Positions 9,801-19,044 of a DNA stretch of 64,000 nucleotides are shown here, in pieces. Position 1 is the first letter of the stretch, and each line of letters starts with the position of its first letter. The stretch is from IMG/VR virus record IMGVR_UViG_3300048837_000984, positions 129,695 through 193,694 of that record; one strand, given 5' to 3'. The notes beneath the pieces are model-generated. The model worked only from the letters and a program-made list of their open reading frames with translations. It made no database searches and was not told the origin of the DNA. Position numbers and translations under genes: made by a program. The stretch comes from a virus.

Positions 9801-12527
9801 CCTCTCCTTGGAAAACGAAAACACGATCCCTCCGCCAGAGACATAAGAGCCGTCAGCCTGAACAGCGCACAGCCACTTAACTTCGTCCTCAGACAGGGAG
9901 ACAACGCCACCGCCATAAATGCCAGCGTGAACCCACCTAAAGTCTCCTGATCTTGGGTTGATATCTTCTGCGTTGACGATAAGAGCCTTGTACGTCTTCC
10001 GTGAACGGAGAAGGCATCTGTGATTGCTTGTAACGAACAGGTCTATCTGGTCGTTACCCAAGATGTGCTGCATGTTGCCGCGGTATCGCTGAACCTGGAG
10101 CTCTGGTTTGACAAAGTCTACAGTCCTGTTCGTTGTCCAGTACTGGGCGACCTCGTCCCTTTCGGTCAGGTCTTTGAGCTTTATAAACCCTCTCCTCGTA
10201 AGAATCTCGGTATCACCGTCAGCTGAAAGATTCTGAACCGGTGGCCTCGCCGACTTCGCTCGTCCAGTTTCTGCGGTCTGAAACAGGTGCGTGCGAATTC
10301 GGTTGTCGCTGTGGAGCCACGTCACCAGGCCCTTCTCGAACTCCTCCTCCCCATTGTCATCCGTTTCCGGCTCAAAATTGTCGTCGTTATGGTCGCGAAC
10401 CTTCGGCGGACACACGACCTTCGACAGCACTGCTCGCACGAACCGAATGTTCCGAAGCAACTCTACGATACGCCGAGCCTTCTGCTGCTGCTCCGTCTCC
10501 GTAGGCATGTTGGCCAGAAAGATGCCCAGAACTTCTTTCGAGGTAGAAGGACTGAACAGGTGCTCCTCACCTCTTCGACGAATCTGCTCCCAGTCCTTGC
10601 TTGGTTTTCCTGAACTAACGATGGGTTGAAGACAGAGGTTGACAGCGTCCGGTTTCGACAACTTGACATACGCGTTTGTCTCCTTGTCTCGCTTGCCGTT
10701 GTGCTTGTAACCGAAAAGAAGCTCACGGCACTGCGGGGTGCTGTTGGGATTGAAGTTTGGCCAGTTGATCTCCCGGCGAAGTTTTGTAAGTAGCTTGTCC
10801 TCGACCTTGGCGTAGGAAACGGCCAACTCAGACGACTTCTCTTTGTCAAAATAGACACCCGTCATTTCCATCTCTAGAAACGCTGGGCTAGCACGCATGG
10901 CAACCCAGAACGCCTTGCGGGCATCGTTGCCGTACATGTCGCTGTCCAGGAGACCTCCCGGCTTGTTCAGCAACTCGAACAGCTCTCGAGTACCCGCGGC
11001 GTCCCATCCGGCGTAAGACTTGTGGTTGACCTCGCCGTCGTCGCCCATGAGGATATCGTCCGGACAGTCGCCGTAGCCCTCGAGGTCTTTCTCCTTTATT
11101 TTTCGTTCCGAGCAATAATCCTTTTTCCAGAGGATAAGGTCTCGATCCCATCTCGGGATCCCACAGTACTGGTTGCACAGGACTTCCAGCTTGTACCCAG
11201 AAGGCCCAGCCACTTCCTGGACAGAATGGACCGCCAGCATCGTATCGAAGCCGCCCGCGGTTCTGGTCTTCTGCCAGCCAAACAGGCGCTCACGGCCGTC
11301 CGGGTCTTCATCATGATCCGGAGCCGTGAACTGGTTCATGAGCGCTTCGCCAAGAACCGGGTCGAAGCTGTTGATCCACGGTAAGTCAGCACGAAGGTTG
11401 TGCCCGATGATGCGGACTTTATTATTGTGTTCCGCCATCAACAGTCGCCGCAGTGGCTCCCTGGCCGCGTCGATGCCCGGACAGAAGGCCGTTTTTCCTC
11501 CTTGGTGCCGAAGGACGACGATGTAGGCGTGGCCTGGCTTATGGCTGAACTGGATCATCCGAAGCCAGGCTCCGGGCTCTGTTGGGTACTCTCCATGCCA
11601 CTCAGAGTCGAGTGCGATGCAGTTACCCTCAGGGTCAGAAAGTATGTCGTCCACAACCCGGTCGAGATGGCGCCGGGTGTAGATCTTTTCCAGTTTCAGT
11701 TTGCGATCTTCAACTTCCGAGCCGTTGATGGCATCGACGAACTGCTGCACGCCAGATAGCAGGGAAGGGTACTGATCGACACTTCTTGCCACGACCGCAG
11801 GATGAATGCAAGTCATGACCTTGTAGCCAGACTCCTCCGTCGAGCCGTCCGGGTTGAAGTAGGTAACGGACTGTTCGAAAACACGGCCCTGGGTTGTCGT
11901 GACGCCACCAACCGAGCCCAGAACAGCCTCGGAGGCCTCGTTGCCCAGGCACAGGATGAACTTGGGCCGGACAATGTTGATTTCCTGCCACAGAATAGGC
12001 AAGCAGTTGACGATCCACTTCTTGGGGAGTCGTATCGACGCGGGATCCACGTTCGCGTGCTTGACAACGTTCGTCACGTACCAGTAGTCCGTGTCGTCGA
12101 CGCCGCACTCCTCCAAGGCGCGCCGAAAGATATCGCCAGAAGGGCCGACGAAGTTTCGGCACTGCTGGAGTTCTTCTCGGCCGGGCCACTTACCGACAAC
12201 CATGATCTCGGCCGGACGCGGTCCGGGGTGACCGTTGGACCCCCAGATGTGCCCTGGCACGAAAGTAGCCTGGATGGGCTGACCCTTCAGCAGGACATTC
12301 AGGCGAAAGTCAGGTTGGTAGAGAGCCTCACGATAAAGCTTCTCAAGAACCGGCCCGCTCTTGAGAAGCTTCATGGGCTTGTCTTTCTTGTCAATCTTAG
12401 GCGCTTCGTCACCCAGGTTCATTGCCTCCGCAATGAAGTCTTCCCCAGGGATCGGCAAAAAGCTGGACGTAAGAGGCGAAAATGGAAGCAGATCCAGCTC
12501 TTCTTGCGAATAACGTAACCAACTCAT
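6882..12527 (-). CDS. polA: Family A DNA polymerase with N-terminal UDG-like domain, 3'-5' exonuclease and two inteins
   Basis: UDG4-like VVGKWPG...FVGPSG...YVTNVVK...HPA; ExoI ALDSEW, ExoII GHNLRAD, ExoIII YAGWDA; motif A EADYIGAEL; motif B AK/TLMFGLAYG; motif C QIHDAIMFE. Confidence 0.95.
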   Translation of the reverse strand: MSWLRYSQEELDLLPFSPLTSSFLPIPGEDFIAEAMNLGDEAPKIDKKDKPMKLLKSGPVLEKLYREALYQPDFRLNVLLKGQPIQATFVPGHIWGSNGHPGPRPAEIMVVGKWPGREELQQCRNFVGPSGDIFRRALEECGVDDTDYWYVTNVVKHANVDPASIRLPKKWIVNCLPILWQEINIVRPKFILCLGNEASEAVLGSVGGVTTTQGRVFEQSVTYFNPDGSTEESGYKVMTCIHPAVVARSVDQYPSLLSGVQQFVDAINGSEVEDRKLKLEKIYTRRHLDRVVDDILSDPEGNCIALDSEWHGEYPTEPGAWLRMIQFSHKPGHAYIVVLRHQGGKTAFCPGIDAAREPLRRLLMAEHNNKVRIIGHNLRADLPWINSFDPVLGEALMNQFTAPDHDEDPDGRERLFGWQKTRTAGGFDTMLAVHSVQEVAGPSGYKLEVLCNQYCGIPRWDRDLILWKKDYCSERKIKEKDLEGYGDCPDDILMGDDGEVNHKSYAGWDAAGTRELFELLNKPGGLLDSDMYGNDARKAFWVAMRASPAFLEMEMTGVYFDKEKSSELAVSYAKVEDKLLTKLRREINWPNFNPNSTPQCRELLFGYKHNGKRDKETNAYVKLSKPDAVNLCLQPIVSSGKPSKDWEQIRRRGEEHLFSPSTSKEVLGIFLANMPTETEQQQKARRIVELLRNIRFVRAVLSKVVCPPKVRDHNDDNFEPETDDNGEEEFEKGLVTWLHSDNRIRTHLFQTAETGRAKSARPPVQNLSADGDTEILTRRGFIKLKDLTERDEVAQYWTTNRTVDFVKPELQVQRYRGNMQHILGNDQIDLFVTSNHRCLLRSRKTYKALIVNAEDINPRSGDFRWVHAGIYGGGVVSLSEDEVKWLCAVQADGSYVSGGGIVFSFSKERKIESLTGVLGRLGAKFRTSERGTGVTSVYVGANDPWAVWAKKRMPDKKFGPWLLDFDRATLDLIAEEVLFWDGLWTRKTEYSSSDKENADWIQILWCLSGWRARMREYWNRNPKSSTHYCVDIPSLHRRRDYSQTKSLTKKEVPWDDLVYCVTVPSEFVIFRRNGKISVTGNSKRREADYKKILGDDYQYPLRSMLCASPGWVGVEADYIGAELAVMALQSGSAAMVDHCMRAELDDKDPRKYDIHSTVTVQAFRLTIENEKVLAEGAKVLGKDPKDLGLSVGDPLPPLKFWLKAAGKAKLRDVAKCVVAGSRLLTSRGWVRVEELCGHLDADTQERFDGDLTLVTDEGPTPLKGLYRGPASPCIRVTTADGHSVTGTVEHRFRSVDDKGRLVWVRSADIRVGDWAIVYDGYAVDVDSGRDNEDPPFKLWPAADSYRSNLSPIEVPEHFTEDWAAFLGLHVSEGCLLKGKTSSTFSVSLAEEKDPSFAEASEALLRRLFGHRLKVATRFLPGCQRQRSFLVASNQLCDWLRIICPGLSADRIVPDFVFQWPNRLVRTFLRWLFEGDGTAKRNGNGFLIQYSSSSSALARDVQILLDGLGIASRLRSERRKDCDGVYWTVTVSRRSQARFLSDVGFVTASKRDRCATATGYSADVSVYPNQLDHLKTVFPYLQGRAREKCRECLRTNSRVRLNRSRLAEIVAALPADLPTTVVASAEHLRNLLALRGRFVRVSSVEDVGDHEVYDVESGNHHLVVNGLSNHNTLMFGLAYGRGDEAVMRAIEEEGITATPEQVGNIRSTIFHLYPELETFFGNCQQRVVDPGWLRNCYGRSRRFQPSTDQKVVAEMQRQAGNFPIQSAVADLVSRALDKFYWAPDRRDASGLKYRLILQIHDAIMFEVRPDCLEWFLGDPGNPGFLHRVMSGIPMYQCDLSGRRTPGRDPIYMPVEHGLYLNWGVPIDKQEGLKLGIPEKYLK
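7518..8882 (-). mobile_element. Intein 2 in polA (455 aa, Cys1...HN, +1 Thr) with LAGLIDADG endonuclease
   Basis: Removing CVVAGSRLLT...VVNGLSNHN restores motif B RDVAK/TLMFGLAYG; FLGLHVSEG and FLRWLFEGDG motifs. Confidence 0.92.
9285..10226 (-). mobile_element. Intein 1 in polA (314 aa, Ser1 start, ends TGN, +1 Ser) with LAGLIDADG-like endonuclease
   Basis: Removing SADGDTEILT...RRNGKISVTGN restores RPPVQNL/SKRRE (the PNLQNIP-equivalent region); WLCAVQADG and VLFWDG motifs. Confidence 0.88.
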
Positions 12528-13561
12528 GTCGTCTCCAGGATAACTCCCTGACGGTAGGCTTCAGAGAAAACAAAGTTTCGAAGGTCAGCGGTAGCCATAT
12601 CACCAGGGTCAGACCCAGTTAGCTCCACCAAAGCCACTTGAAGCGACGCCTTGCCGCAATTTCGAAGGATGTCGTAAATCCCGACGCCATCATCAGAAGC
12701 GTCAGGATCCAGAAGTACTACAACCCTATCCCAGTTAGCGGTTATCAGCTGCAACTGCGTTGACGAAGCTTTATGTCCGAGGATGGAAACAGCTTCTGGC
12801 CCGAACCGCCACACGTCAGTTGGGCCTTCGGTTAGGACGACGAACTTTCGACTCCTGGCAACATCGAAGTTGTACAAGAGGGCCTTCTTCTTGACCTTCG
12901 GTGTCGTCCAGTACTTAACCACGCTCTTCAGTGGCGGTGTGCCGACATACCGTGCCTGCCACGCCTTCATCTTTCCGTGCATGAAGAGAGGTATGATAAT
13001 CCGATCTCTCGCTATCCGGTAACGATTCTCAGCGCTAGTGCAGTACTTGACGCCCAGCGCGGACGACAGAACACTAACTGGGAAGTTTCTCGACTCCAGA
13101 TACTGTACAGCCGGATGGTCGGATGGTAACGAGTCTATCGGTACGACTTCACCAGGCCAATCTACTTGATCTGGCGTCTCAAGAATCTCTTCGTGGTTGC
13201 GGACCAGTTCGTCGTCAGTCGGAGGTAGCGTATCATCGTAGACCATGTCGAACAACTTTCGTTGTCGCTCGTAGGTCTGTAAACAGTTTTCGTTGTAGCA
13301 GATGCAGAGCCACAGGTTTCGTGTCCCAGTTTCAGGATGTTTGTAGCCCCACAAGTGGTTGATCCACAGTCGGTGCCTGGTGTCGGTACAGAACGGACAG
13401 TTGACCCGATAAGCCTCACCACGCTCCCTAACCTGAAGAGACTTCCGGTCTCCATCCTGCGAGACCCGCGCAACCATCTCTTCGTTTTCATTAGCAACCA
13501 CGACGCCACCAAGCCTGCGGATCCGATTGAGTCGTCGATAAAGGTCTGGACGTAAGTGCAT
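12524..13561 (-). CDS. DNA primase (Zn finger + Toprim)
   Basis: CPFC...H...CYNENC zinc finger; Toprim VVLTEGPTDV and LLDPDASDDG; ATGA overlap with polA. Confidence 0.88.
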   Translation of the reverse strand: MHLRPDLYRRLNRIRRLGGVVVANENEEMVARVSQDGDRKSLQVRERGEAYRVNCPFCTDTRHRLWINHLWGYKHPETGTRNLWLCICYNENCLQTYERQRKLFDMVYDDTLPPTDDELVRNHEEILETPDQVDWPGEVVPIDSLPSDHPAVQYLESRNFPVSVLSSALGVKYCTSAENRYRIARDRIIIPLFMHGKMKAWQARYVGTPPLKSVVKYWTTPKVKKKALLYNFDVARSRKFVVLTEGPTDVWRFGPEAVSILGHKASSTQLQLITANWDRVVVLLDPDASDDGVGIYDILRNCGKASLQVALVELTGSDPGDMATADLRNFVFSEAYRQGVILETT

Positions 13562-13562
13562 G

Positions 13563-15308
13563 TCAGTTGTCCAGTTCGATGGATTTCTTCTTGGGTTTCT
13601 TGGGAATAGACGGACCTAGAACGGGGTCGATATCCTCCTCGCTTTGAACGACTTTCTTTGTATTCTGGTCGACGGCGATGGTCGCCATGACCTTGCTTGT
13701 CTGTGCCATGAAGGAAGAGGCTTCCGTGACAGAGACGAACTTGCCCTGGAGTTCGTCGAAGAAGAAGTCCTTGCTGGCATCCACCATGGTCGAGAAGGCG
13801 CCGTCGATCCTCAGGACGGCTGGAGTAGGAATACCCGCGCGACGAGCCTTTGTGCAGGTCATCGACAGGCAACGAGAAACGTCCTCTGGTACACCCATCT
13901 GGAAACTGAACCAGAGGTTCTCTGCGAAGTTCTTCGCTTCGGCTGCATCCGAATGGTGCTGCTTCGACGACGGAGACCTTTTGTTCTGCGCAGCTGCCAG
14001 CTGATGCATGACCCACACAGGGCAAGAAAAGGGCGACGCGATCAGTCGACGACATTCGTCGCCAAAGTTTCCGACCAGGTGTCGTAACCGGTCATGAGGC
14101 AGGTTGTTGGCGTTCATGTAACGCCGAGAGCAGAGGCCGGCGTAGTCAATCACGACGACGCCAATCGACTGCCCTTTCGTCCAGGTTGCCAGGATCTGCG
14201 CGATCTCTTGAACATAGCCGGTCCCGCGCTTTGGACTGTCTGGCGGGCCGGACATATCCACGAGATGGATGTAGTTCTCGTAAAGTGAAAGGCCTTTCAA
14301 CCGTTCCTGTTCACCGAGAAACGTCCCGGACTCGATCTTTTCTTTGAACCGGTCGCTCTCGTACGGTTTCGGTCCTTTCGCCGTCGAAGAAAGTTTGGAC
14401 ATGTCAAACTCCTGCAACTCCGTCCACGGGATGGAGCACAGGTGAGACCACGACCGGACCCGAATTTCTTCCTCCCCTGCTTCGTAATGGAAAAGATAAC
14501 TGTGACGAGGCTCGTACGTCTTCCCCTGCATGGCGAGAAGGTTCTTCTGCATCACCTGGGCCACAGCCGTTTGGGTTGCAATCTGTACACCCAGAACCGT
14601 CTTGCCCGAGCCATAAGCGCCCAGAATCCCGTACACCTCACCGTCGGCCTGACCACCACCGAGCATCTTGTCCAGAAATTCGACGCCCGTGGAGAACTTC
14701 TTCTGCGGTTTTGGTTGCCAGCCGCTGGGAGCTAACTCCCGCACCGGATTCACGTTAACCGAGTTGAATGACGATGATAGCTCGATGTGATGCTGAAGGA
14801 TCGCTGGCAGGTTCTTGACGGATCGATTACCGCTGTCGGCAAGCGCCCGTCGCAAAGGTAGTTGGACGCCTCTCTCGTCCAAGAACTTCGACAGGTAGAC
14901 TCTGGAATACTTCGGATTGAGCTCCACCTCATCCGAAGTATATATCCAGGGAATTAAGCCCTGGGCCTTTGGCTCGTCGCTAAACAGCTGGTCAACGTAC
15001 TCGTCGATGATCTCGTCCGAGTTGTTCTCGACGTAGGTCCGTACCTCAGTTTCGACGAGAGTACGGACCTTCTTTGGGTCCTCGAAAAGGAAGGCACTGT
15101 TGTCCCCGTTGTCCTTGACGAGACGTTGGACAACCCTCCAGAGAACCCGATAATGGGGCTCTGAGGCGGCATGGAAGTGCTCTGGTTTCAGGTGGAAGTA
15201 GGCTGCAGCGAACAGCTCAGGAACCCGGAGCGTATCGCGCAAGATACAATCTATCTGTGCTTCAGAGACCGGATCATCGGTCTGTGGGTGCAGCATGTTG
15301 TTAGCCAC
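13563..15308 (-). CDS. dnaB: DnaB-like replicative helicase
   Basis: Walker A GILGAYGSGKT, FHYE, VVVIDYAGL, VMHQL; adjacent to the primase. Confidence 0.88.
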   Translation of the reverse strand: MANNMLHPQTDDPVSEAQIDCILRDTLRVPELFAAAYFHLKPEHFHAASEPHYRVLWRVVQRLVKDNGDNSAFLFEDPKKVRTLVETEVRTYVENNSDEIIDEYVDQLFSDEPKAQGLIPWIYTSDEVELNPKYSRVYLSKFLDERGVQLPLRRALADSGNRSVKNLPAILQHHIELSSSFNSVNVNPVRELAPSGWQPKPQKKFSTGVEFLDKMLGGGQADGEVYGILGAYGSGKTVLGVQIATQTAVAQVMQKNLLAMQGKTYEPRHSYLFHYEAGEEEIRVRSWSHLCSIPWTELQEFDMSKLSSTAKGPKPYESDRFKEKIESGTFLGEQERLKGLSLYENYIHLVDMSGPPDSPKRGTGYVQEIAQILATWTKGQSIGVVVIDYAGLCSRRYMNANNLPHDRLRHLVGNFGDECRRLIASPFSCPVWVMHQLAAAQNKRSPSSKQHHSDAAEAKNFAENLWFSFQMGVPEDVSRCLSMTCTKARRAGIPTPAVLRIDGAFSTMVDASKDFFFDELQGKFVSVTEASSFMAQTSKVMATIAVDQNTKKVVQSEEDIDPVLGPSIPKKPKKKSIELDN

Positions 15309-15333
15309 GTTAGTCTCCCAGTTGTTTCGACAG

Positions 15334-15933
15334 TTACGGCAAAGATATCCCTATCTCGTCGTAGAGATTCTTCTGTAGTGAATACTGGGCAGACCCAGCT
15401 GCTCGGTATTTTTCTGCCAGGTCCGGTTGATTGGTTTCGACGGCCAGGATGTATCGCATCAGCGGCGATATCTGTGACCCAGGGGACAGGATCACAGATT
15501 TCCAGATCTTCTTGTCATCCCAGTCGGTCGTTACCTGCAGCTCGAAATACTGCGTCAAGGCATACCTTCTCTCGCAGTCCATGCTGATCTTGAGTTCTTG
15601 CTTCTTCCTTTCCGCGTAGTCGTAGGACAGCGATATCGCCCGTTCCGAGATGATCTGTTCAGGTCCCGGGGCATCTGCCGTATCGCAGAAGTCGAACAAA
15701 GAGTTTATTACAGATTCCGGATCGAGGCCCTTGGCCTTGAATATTTTGGCAGCCTTCAGCCAGAAGTTGGCGTGACGGGCGCCACGACTGTCAGTACCGC
15801 CGTCCCACCGAGCCATGGCTTTCTTACTGCTGCCCCAGTCAGAGGGAAATCCAGTACGTAGCGAATCGTGGGCTCGGCGGTACTTGATGTAGATAGCCCG
15901 TATGGCGTTAGCCAGGACGTTTGTATCGGACAT
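15334..15933 (-). CDS. Hypothetical protein in the replication cluster
   Basis: 199-aa ORF packed between the two helicases. Confidence 0.7.
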   Translation of the reverse strand: MSDTNVLANAIRAIYIKYRRAHDSLRTGFPSDWGSSKKAMARWDGGTDSRGARHANFWLKAAKIFKAKGLDPESVINSLFDFCDTADAPGPEQIISERAISLSYDYAERKKQELKISMDCERRYALTQYFELQVTTDWDDKKIWKSVILSPGSQISPLMRYILAVETNQPDLAEKYRAAGSAQYSLQKNLYDEIGISLP

Positions 15934-15935
15934 GG

Positions 15936-17459
15936 CTACACCTTTCTGAACAACTTCGACTCTGGTGTAAACACCTCCCCAGCGGGGCCGGCATATTGCG
16001 ACCAGCCCATGTCCCTATAATGCTTGACTCGCTTCTTGGCCCGCTGAGACGTCGCATGGTCGAACTGGTCGAAAAAGTCACAGACAATCCCGACGTTCTT
16101 GCCGCCACTACTGTGGGTCCGGGAAACACGACCCGGAGCCTGAACGTCCATGATTTCGCTAGCTCCCGCATCGGCTCGAATCAGAGCCGTTAGCTGAGTC
16201 GGGTCAATCCCCACAGCCCACACATTGGTGGTGATAACCTTCTTCAGCTCTCCAGCCTCGAAGGCCTTCCGATTCTCTTCCATCCGCTCGGACGTCATGA
16301 GCGGTTCGCCCGCCGGCAACAGTCCGTGCTTGATGTAGGCAATTCGATCCTCCGGCTTCATGTTGGCGTAGATCAGAGTGTACTCCGGAAGGTGCTGGCG
16401 CAGGAACACAGCGTGCTCGATCGTCTCTACCAGAATCTGAACCTGTTCGTCTGGTCCGAACGTCCTCGCTTTCTGAGCAATGATCTTGTTTCTTTCGTCG
16501 TTCTGCCACAGCCCGTATCTCTTCTTTCTCGCCCCCTCCATGTTCTTGCACGGATTGGTCATCAGGCGAACGTCAGACCACTCAACCCGGATGGGAACAA
16601 CCAGACCCAGCTTCACAGCCTCGTCGTACGTTATGTGAAAGATCTTCGGTCCGAACACACTTTCCATACGTATGTCGGAACCGTCAGACCTTCCGGTCGG
16701 TGAGGCTGTAAAGGCAAAGTTTCGCGTATACAGGCTACTAACTAGGTACTTGCTGTACTTGTCGGAAAGGACCTCGTGCGCTTCGTCAACAAGCATGAAG
16801 TCCGCATCGAATGGGCAGTGATGGAGGCTGGCCAACGTGTAGACAGTAATACGGCCGAAGTTACGACTACCGTCTCCAACCAGGCCGATGTTCGGCAGCC
16901 ACTTGGACAAGAAGGTCTGGATCTTGTGCGCCAAGGACCTTCGCTTGGTGACGATGATAAACTTCGCCTTGGGATATAGGAGGCAAGTCATCGCAATCAT
17001 GACCATCTTGCCAAAGCCAGTAACTGCGTGAACCAGGCCACACGAGTTCTGGGCTATGGCTAACAGGCACTCTTCCTGTTTCTCCCGAAACTTGAACCTG
17101 GACGTCACCTCTTCAATATGCGGCTGAAAACAGCCCGGTCGCTCGCGCGGTGGATCCACGCTGCTGAACGTAAACGGCACCTGAAGGTCTGCCAAGATGC
17201 TCTTGATGCGTGGTAAGAAGCCAAACCCGCAGACGAAACGTCGGAGCTTGTCGTACCGGTACAGGTGCTTTCGTGTTGTCAGGATACGCCGCGGCGTTCC
17301 GTCAATGGACTCGGTATAGCGTCGCTGGCCGTACAGGTGTTCAATCTTGTCGTAGAAGAGAACCTCTTCCAGAGCGGTGCGTACCTTCCTTGGTAGCTCT
17401 CCGCCGTCGTGGCTGAGCTCAAGAATGTTCCCTGACTTGCGAATGAGAATGCTTGACAT
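15936..17459 (-). CDS. Superfamily 2 (UvsW-like) DNA helicase
   Basis: AVTGFGKM, DEAH, TASP, TTNVWAVGIDP, QAPGRVSR; likely start MSSIL at 17459. Confidence 0.9.
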   Translation of the reverse strand: MSSILIRKSGNILELSHDGGELPRKVRTALEEVLFYDKIEHLYGQRRYTESIDGTPRRILTTRKHLYRYDKLRRFVCGFGFLPRIKSILADLQVPFTFSSVDPPRERPGCFQPHIEEVTSRFKFREKQEECLLAIAQNSCGLVHAVTGFGKMVMIAMTCLLYPKAKFIIVTKRRSLAHKIQTFLSKWLPNIGLVGDGSRNFGRITVYTLASLHHCPFDADFMLVDEAHEVLSDKYSKYLVSSLYTRNFAFTASPTGRSDGSDIRMESVFGPKIFHITYDEAVKLGLVVPIRVEWSDVRLMTNPCKNMEGARKKRYGLWQNDERNKIIAQKARTFGPDEQVQILVETIEHAVFLRQHLPEYTLIYANMKPEDRIAYIKHGLLPAGEPLMTSERMEENRKAFEAGELKKVITTNVWAVGIDPTQLTALIRADAGASEIMDVQAPGRVSRTHSSGGKNVGIVCDFFDQFDHATSQRAKKRVKHYRDMGWSQYAGPAGEVFTPESKLFRKV

Positions 17460-17475
17460 AATTTTTAAGTCCGAA

Positions 17476-17501
17476 GACCGGGCCACCGAAATGGCCCGGT
17501 C
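17476..17501 (-). terminator. 10-bp hairpin with UUCG-containing loop (weak U-tail)
   Basis: GACCGGGCCA-TTTCGG-TGGCCCGGTC on the minus strand, intergenic. Confidence 0.6.
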
Positions 17502-17511
17502 AAAGGGTGTG

Positions 17512-17730
17512 TTAGCTTTGTTTGTTCACATGTTCAGTAAACTCTTCGAGGTCTTTCAGAAACTTGGGCCACTTGTCCAGAATGGCCCGGATGGTCTGGA
17601 TAGACGTCTCCCCATCACAGCATCTGAAGATGAAATGGACTTCACCTTCATCAGCCAGGTCGGAGATGTGGACAGTCATGCTAGCGTCTTCTTCGCCACA
17701 CAAGGGGCACGGCATGTAAACGTTCTGCAT
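17512..17730 (-). CDS. Small putative Zn-binding protein
   Basis: CPLC...CC; overlaps or abuts neighbouring ORFs. Confidence 0.6.
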   Translation of the reverse strand: MQNVYMPCPLCGEEDASMTVHISDLADEGEVHFIFRCCDGETSIQTIRAILDKWPKFLKDLEEFTEHVNKQS

Positions 17731-17731
17731 T

Positions 17732-18127
17732 TCAGACCTGCTCGTTCAGTAGAGTGATTTCTTTCGAGTTCAGCGGACTCAACAGAGCGTCCATCTTAAA
17801 GTGGATTGACCGGTAGGCCTGCCCCGCTCGTAATGCAGCGAAGATGCGGCACTGGTCGAACACCTGGCGACGACGCTGTGCCGCCATGATGCCCAGAATG
17901 TTGATCCACCACAGCCTCTTGCGGCGCTCGTCGAGAATACGACAGGCCCTGTTCCAGAGGCGGCACTCCACATCGATCTGACCGGAAGCGTAGTTTACAG
18001 GCTCCACAGCCGGCAAGCTAGCTGCAGCTTCGTGCAGTAAGTCTGTAAGCCAGTTCAGGTCAGGATGTGAAAAAAGTTTCGAGAAACTGGTCGCAAGCTT
18101 TTCCCAGGTAACTTCTTCGGTCGTCAA
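17732..18127 (-). CDS. Hypothetical protein
   Basis: 131-aa ORF with coupled start/stop junctions on both sides. Confidence 0.65.
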   Translation of the reverse strand: MTTEEVTWEKLATSFSKLFSHPDLNWLTDLLHEAAASLPAVEPVNYASGQIDVECRLWNRACRILDERRKRLWWINILGIMAAQRRRQVFDQCRIFAALRAGQAYRSIHFKMDALLSPLNSKEITLLNEQV

Positions 18128-19026
18128 CGTCTGCCTCCAAGGTAGGAGTTGAAAGCCTCTAGAGTTTCTGGCTCGGAGAAAAAATACTCCGGAACAAATA
18201 GCCGGCCTCTATGTGGTGGCATCGCCACCTCGTTCAGCCAGCAGAAACGGGTGTAGGCTAGAAAGGTCTTAGACACAGAAAGGTCTGCCGAGAAGCTAGC
18301 ACCTTTTCTATCCCACAGGCGCCAAAGAAACCGCCCAGCTGCCGAGTTGTCTGCTTCGGGGAGGTTCTTCCAGCAGTTCAGCACGTTCTCGTAGCGGCTG
18401 ATCGACGTGCTCTTTTCGTTACGCTCCCGCTTAGCCACAGTAACCGGACTGACGCCCAGGAACTGCTCCAGTCGAGACCCGCGGTTAGGGTGTCGTGGGT
18501 CTATGTACCACCTGGGGTCAAGAACCGTACCCAGGAGTCGACAGGCCGCTAACTCATCGAGATCAGCGACAAAGGTCAGGTACTTCCAGACCGAATGGCT
18601 CTGAGCCACGAGCAGGAAGTCAGCCAGGTCGAGACTGTCAGCAATCGCGGACGCGATGACGTAGCAGATGCGGTCGTCGTCCGTAAAATCGTGCCAACCA
18701 CCGAGGCTGGCAGGGACCGTCGCACCTCGTAGCTTGTAAAGGATCTGTTCCGGATCCTTCATCTCTTCTTTGGTGCAGAGAACGGGACTGCACACCTGGA
18801 GTCCCGCGATCTCGCCCTTCAGCCGCTTGTCAAAAAGGTCGACCAGGAGCCTAGCGTTCTCCCTGGACCCAATCACGCGACAGAGCTCCCCAGAAGAGAG
18901 CGACAGTAAGAAGCTTCGAACTTGTAGACCAGTCGAGTAAGGGAGACCGTTCCCTCTGAGACTCCAGACGACGCCAGAACTGTCGACGGTTATCTTTGTA
19001 CTGATTAGATCTTCCGTGGACTGCAC
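18124..19026 (-). CDS. Degenerate IS110 (Transposase_20)-like protein
   Basis: YLTFVADLDELAACRLLGTVLDPRWY...SRLEQFLGVSP resembles the IS110 C-terminal motif (LxxIPGIGxxxAxxLLxEIGDxxRF...xxLxxYxGLxP). Confidence 0.5.
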   Translation of the reverse strand: MQSTEDLISTKITVDSSGVVWSLRGNGLPYSTGLQVRSFLLSLSSGELCRVIGSRENARLLVDLFDKRLKGEIAGLQVCSPVLCTKEEMKDPEQILYKLRGATVPASLGGWHDFTDDDRICYVIASAIADSLDLADFLLVAQSHSVWKYLTFVADLDELAACRLLGTVLDPRWYIDPRHPNRGSRLEQFLGVSPVTVAKRERNEKSTSISRYENVLNCWKNLPEADNSAAGRFLWRLWDRKGASFSADLSVSKTFLAYTRFCWLNEVAMPPHRGRLFVPEYFFSEPETLEAFNSYLGGRR

Positions 19027-19044
19027 GTCTGGCCTCCAGTCTTT

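Noticed and set aside
15334-15933. gp59-like helicase loader assignment
   Set aside because: Only synteny supports it; no sequence motif was recognised.
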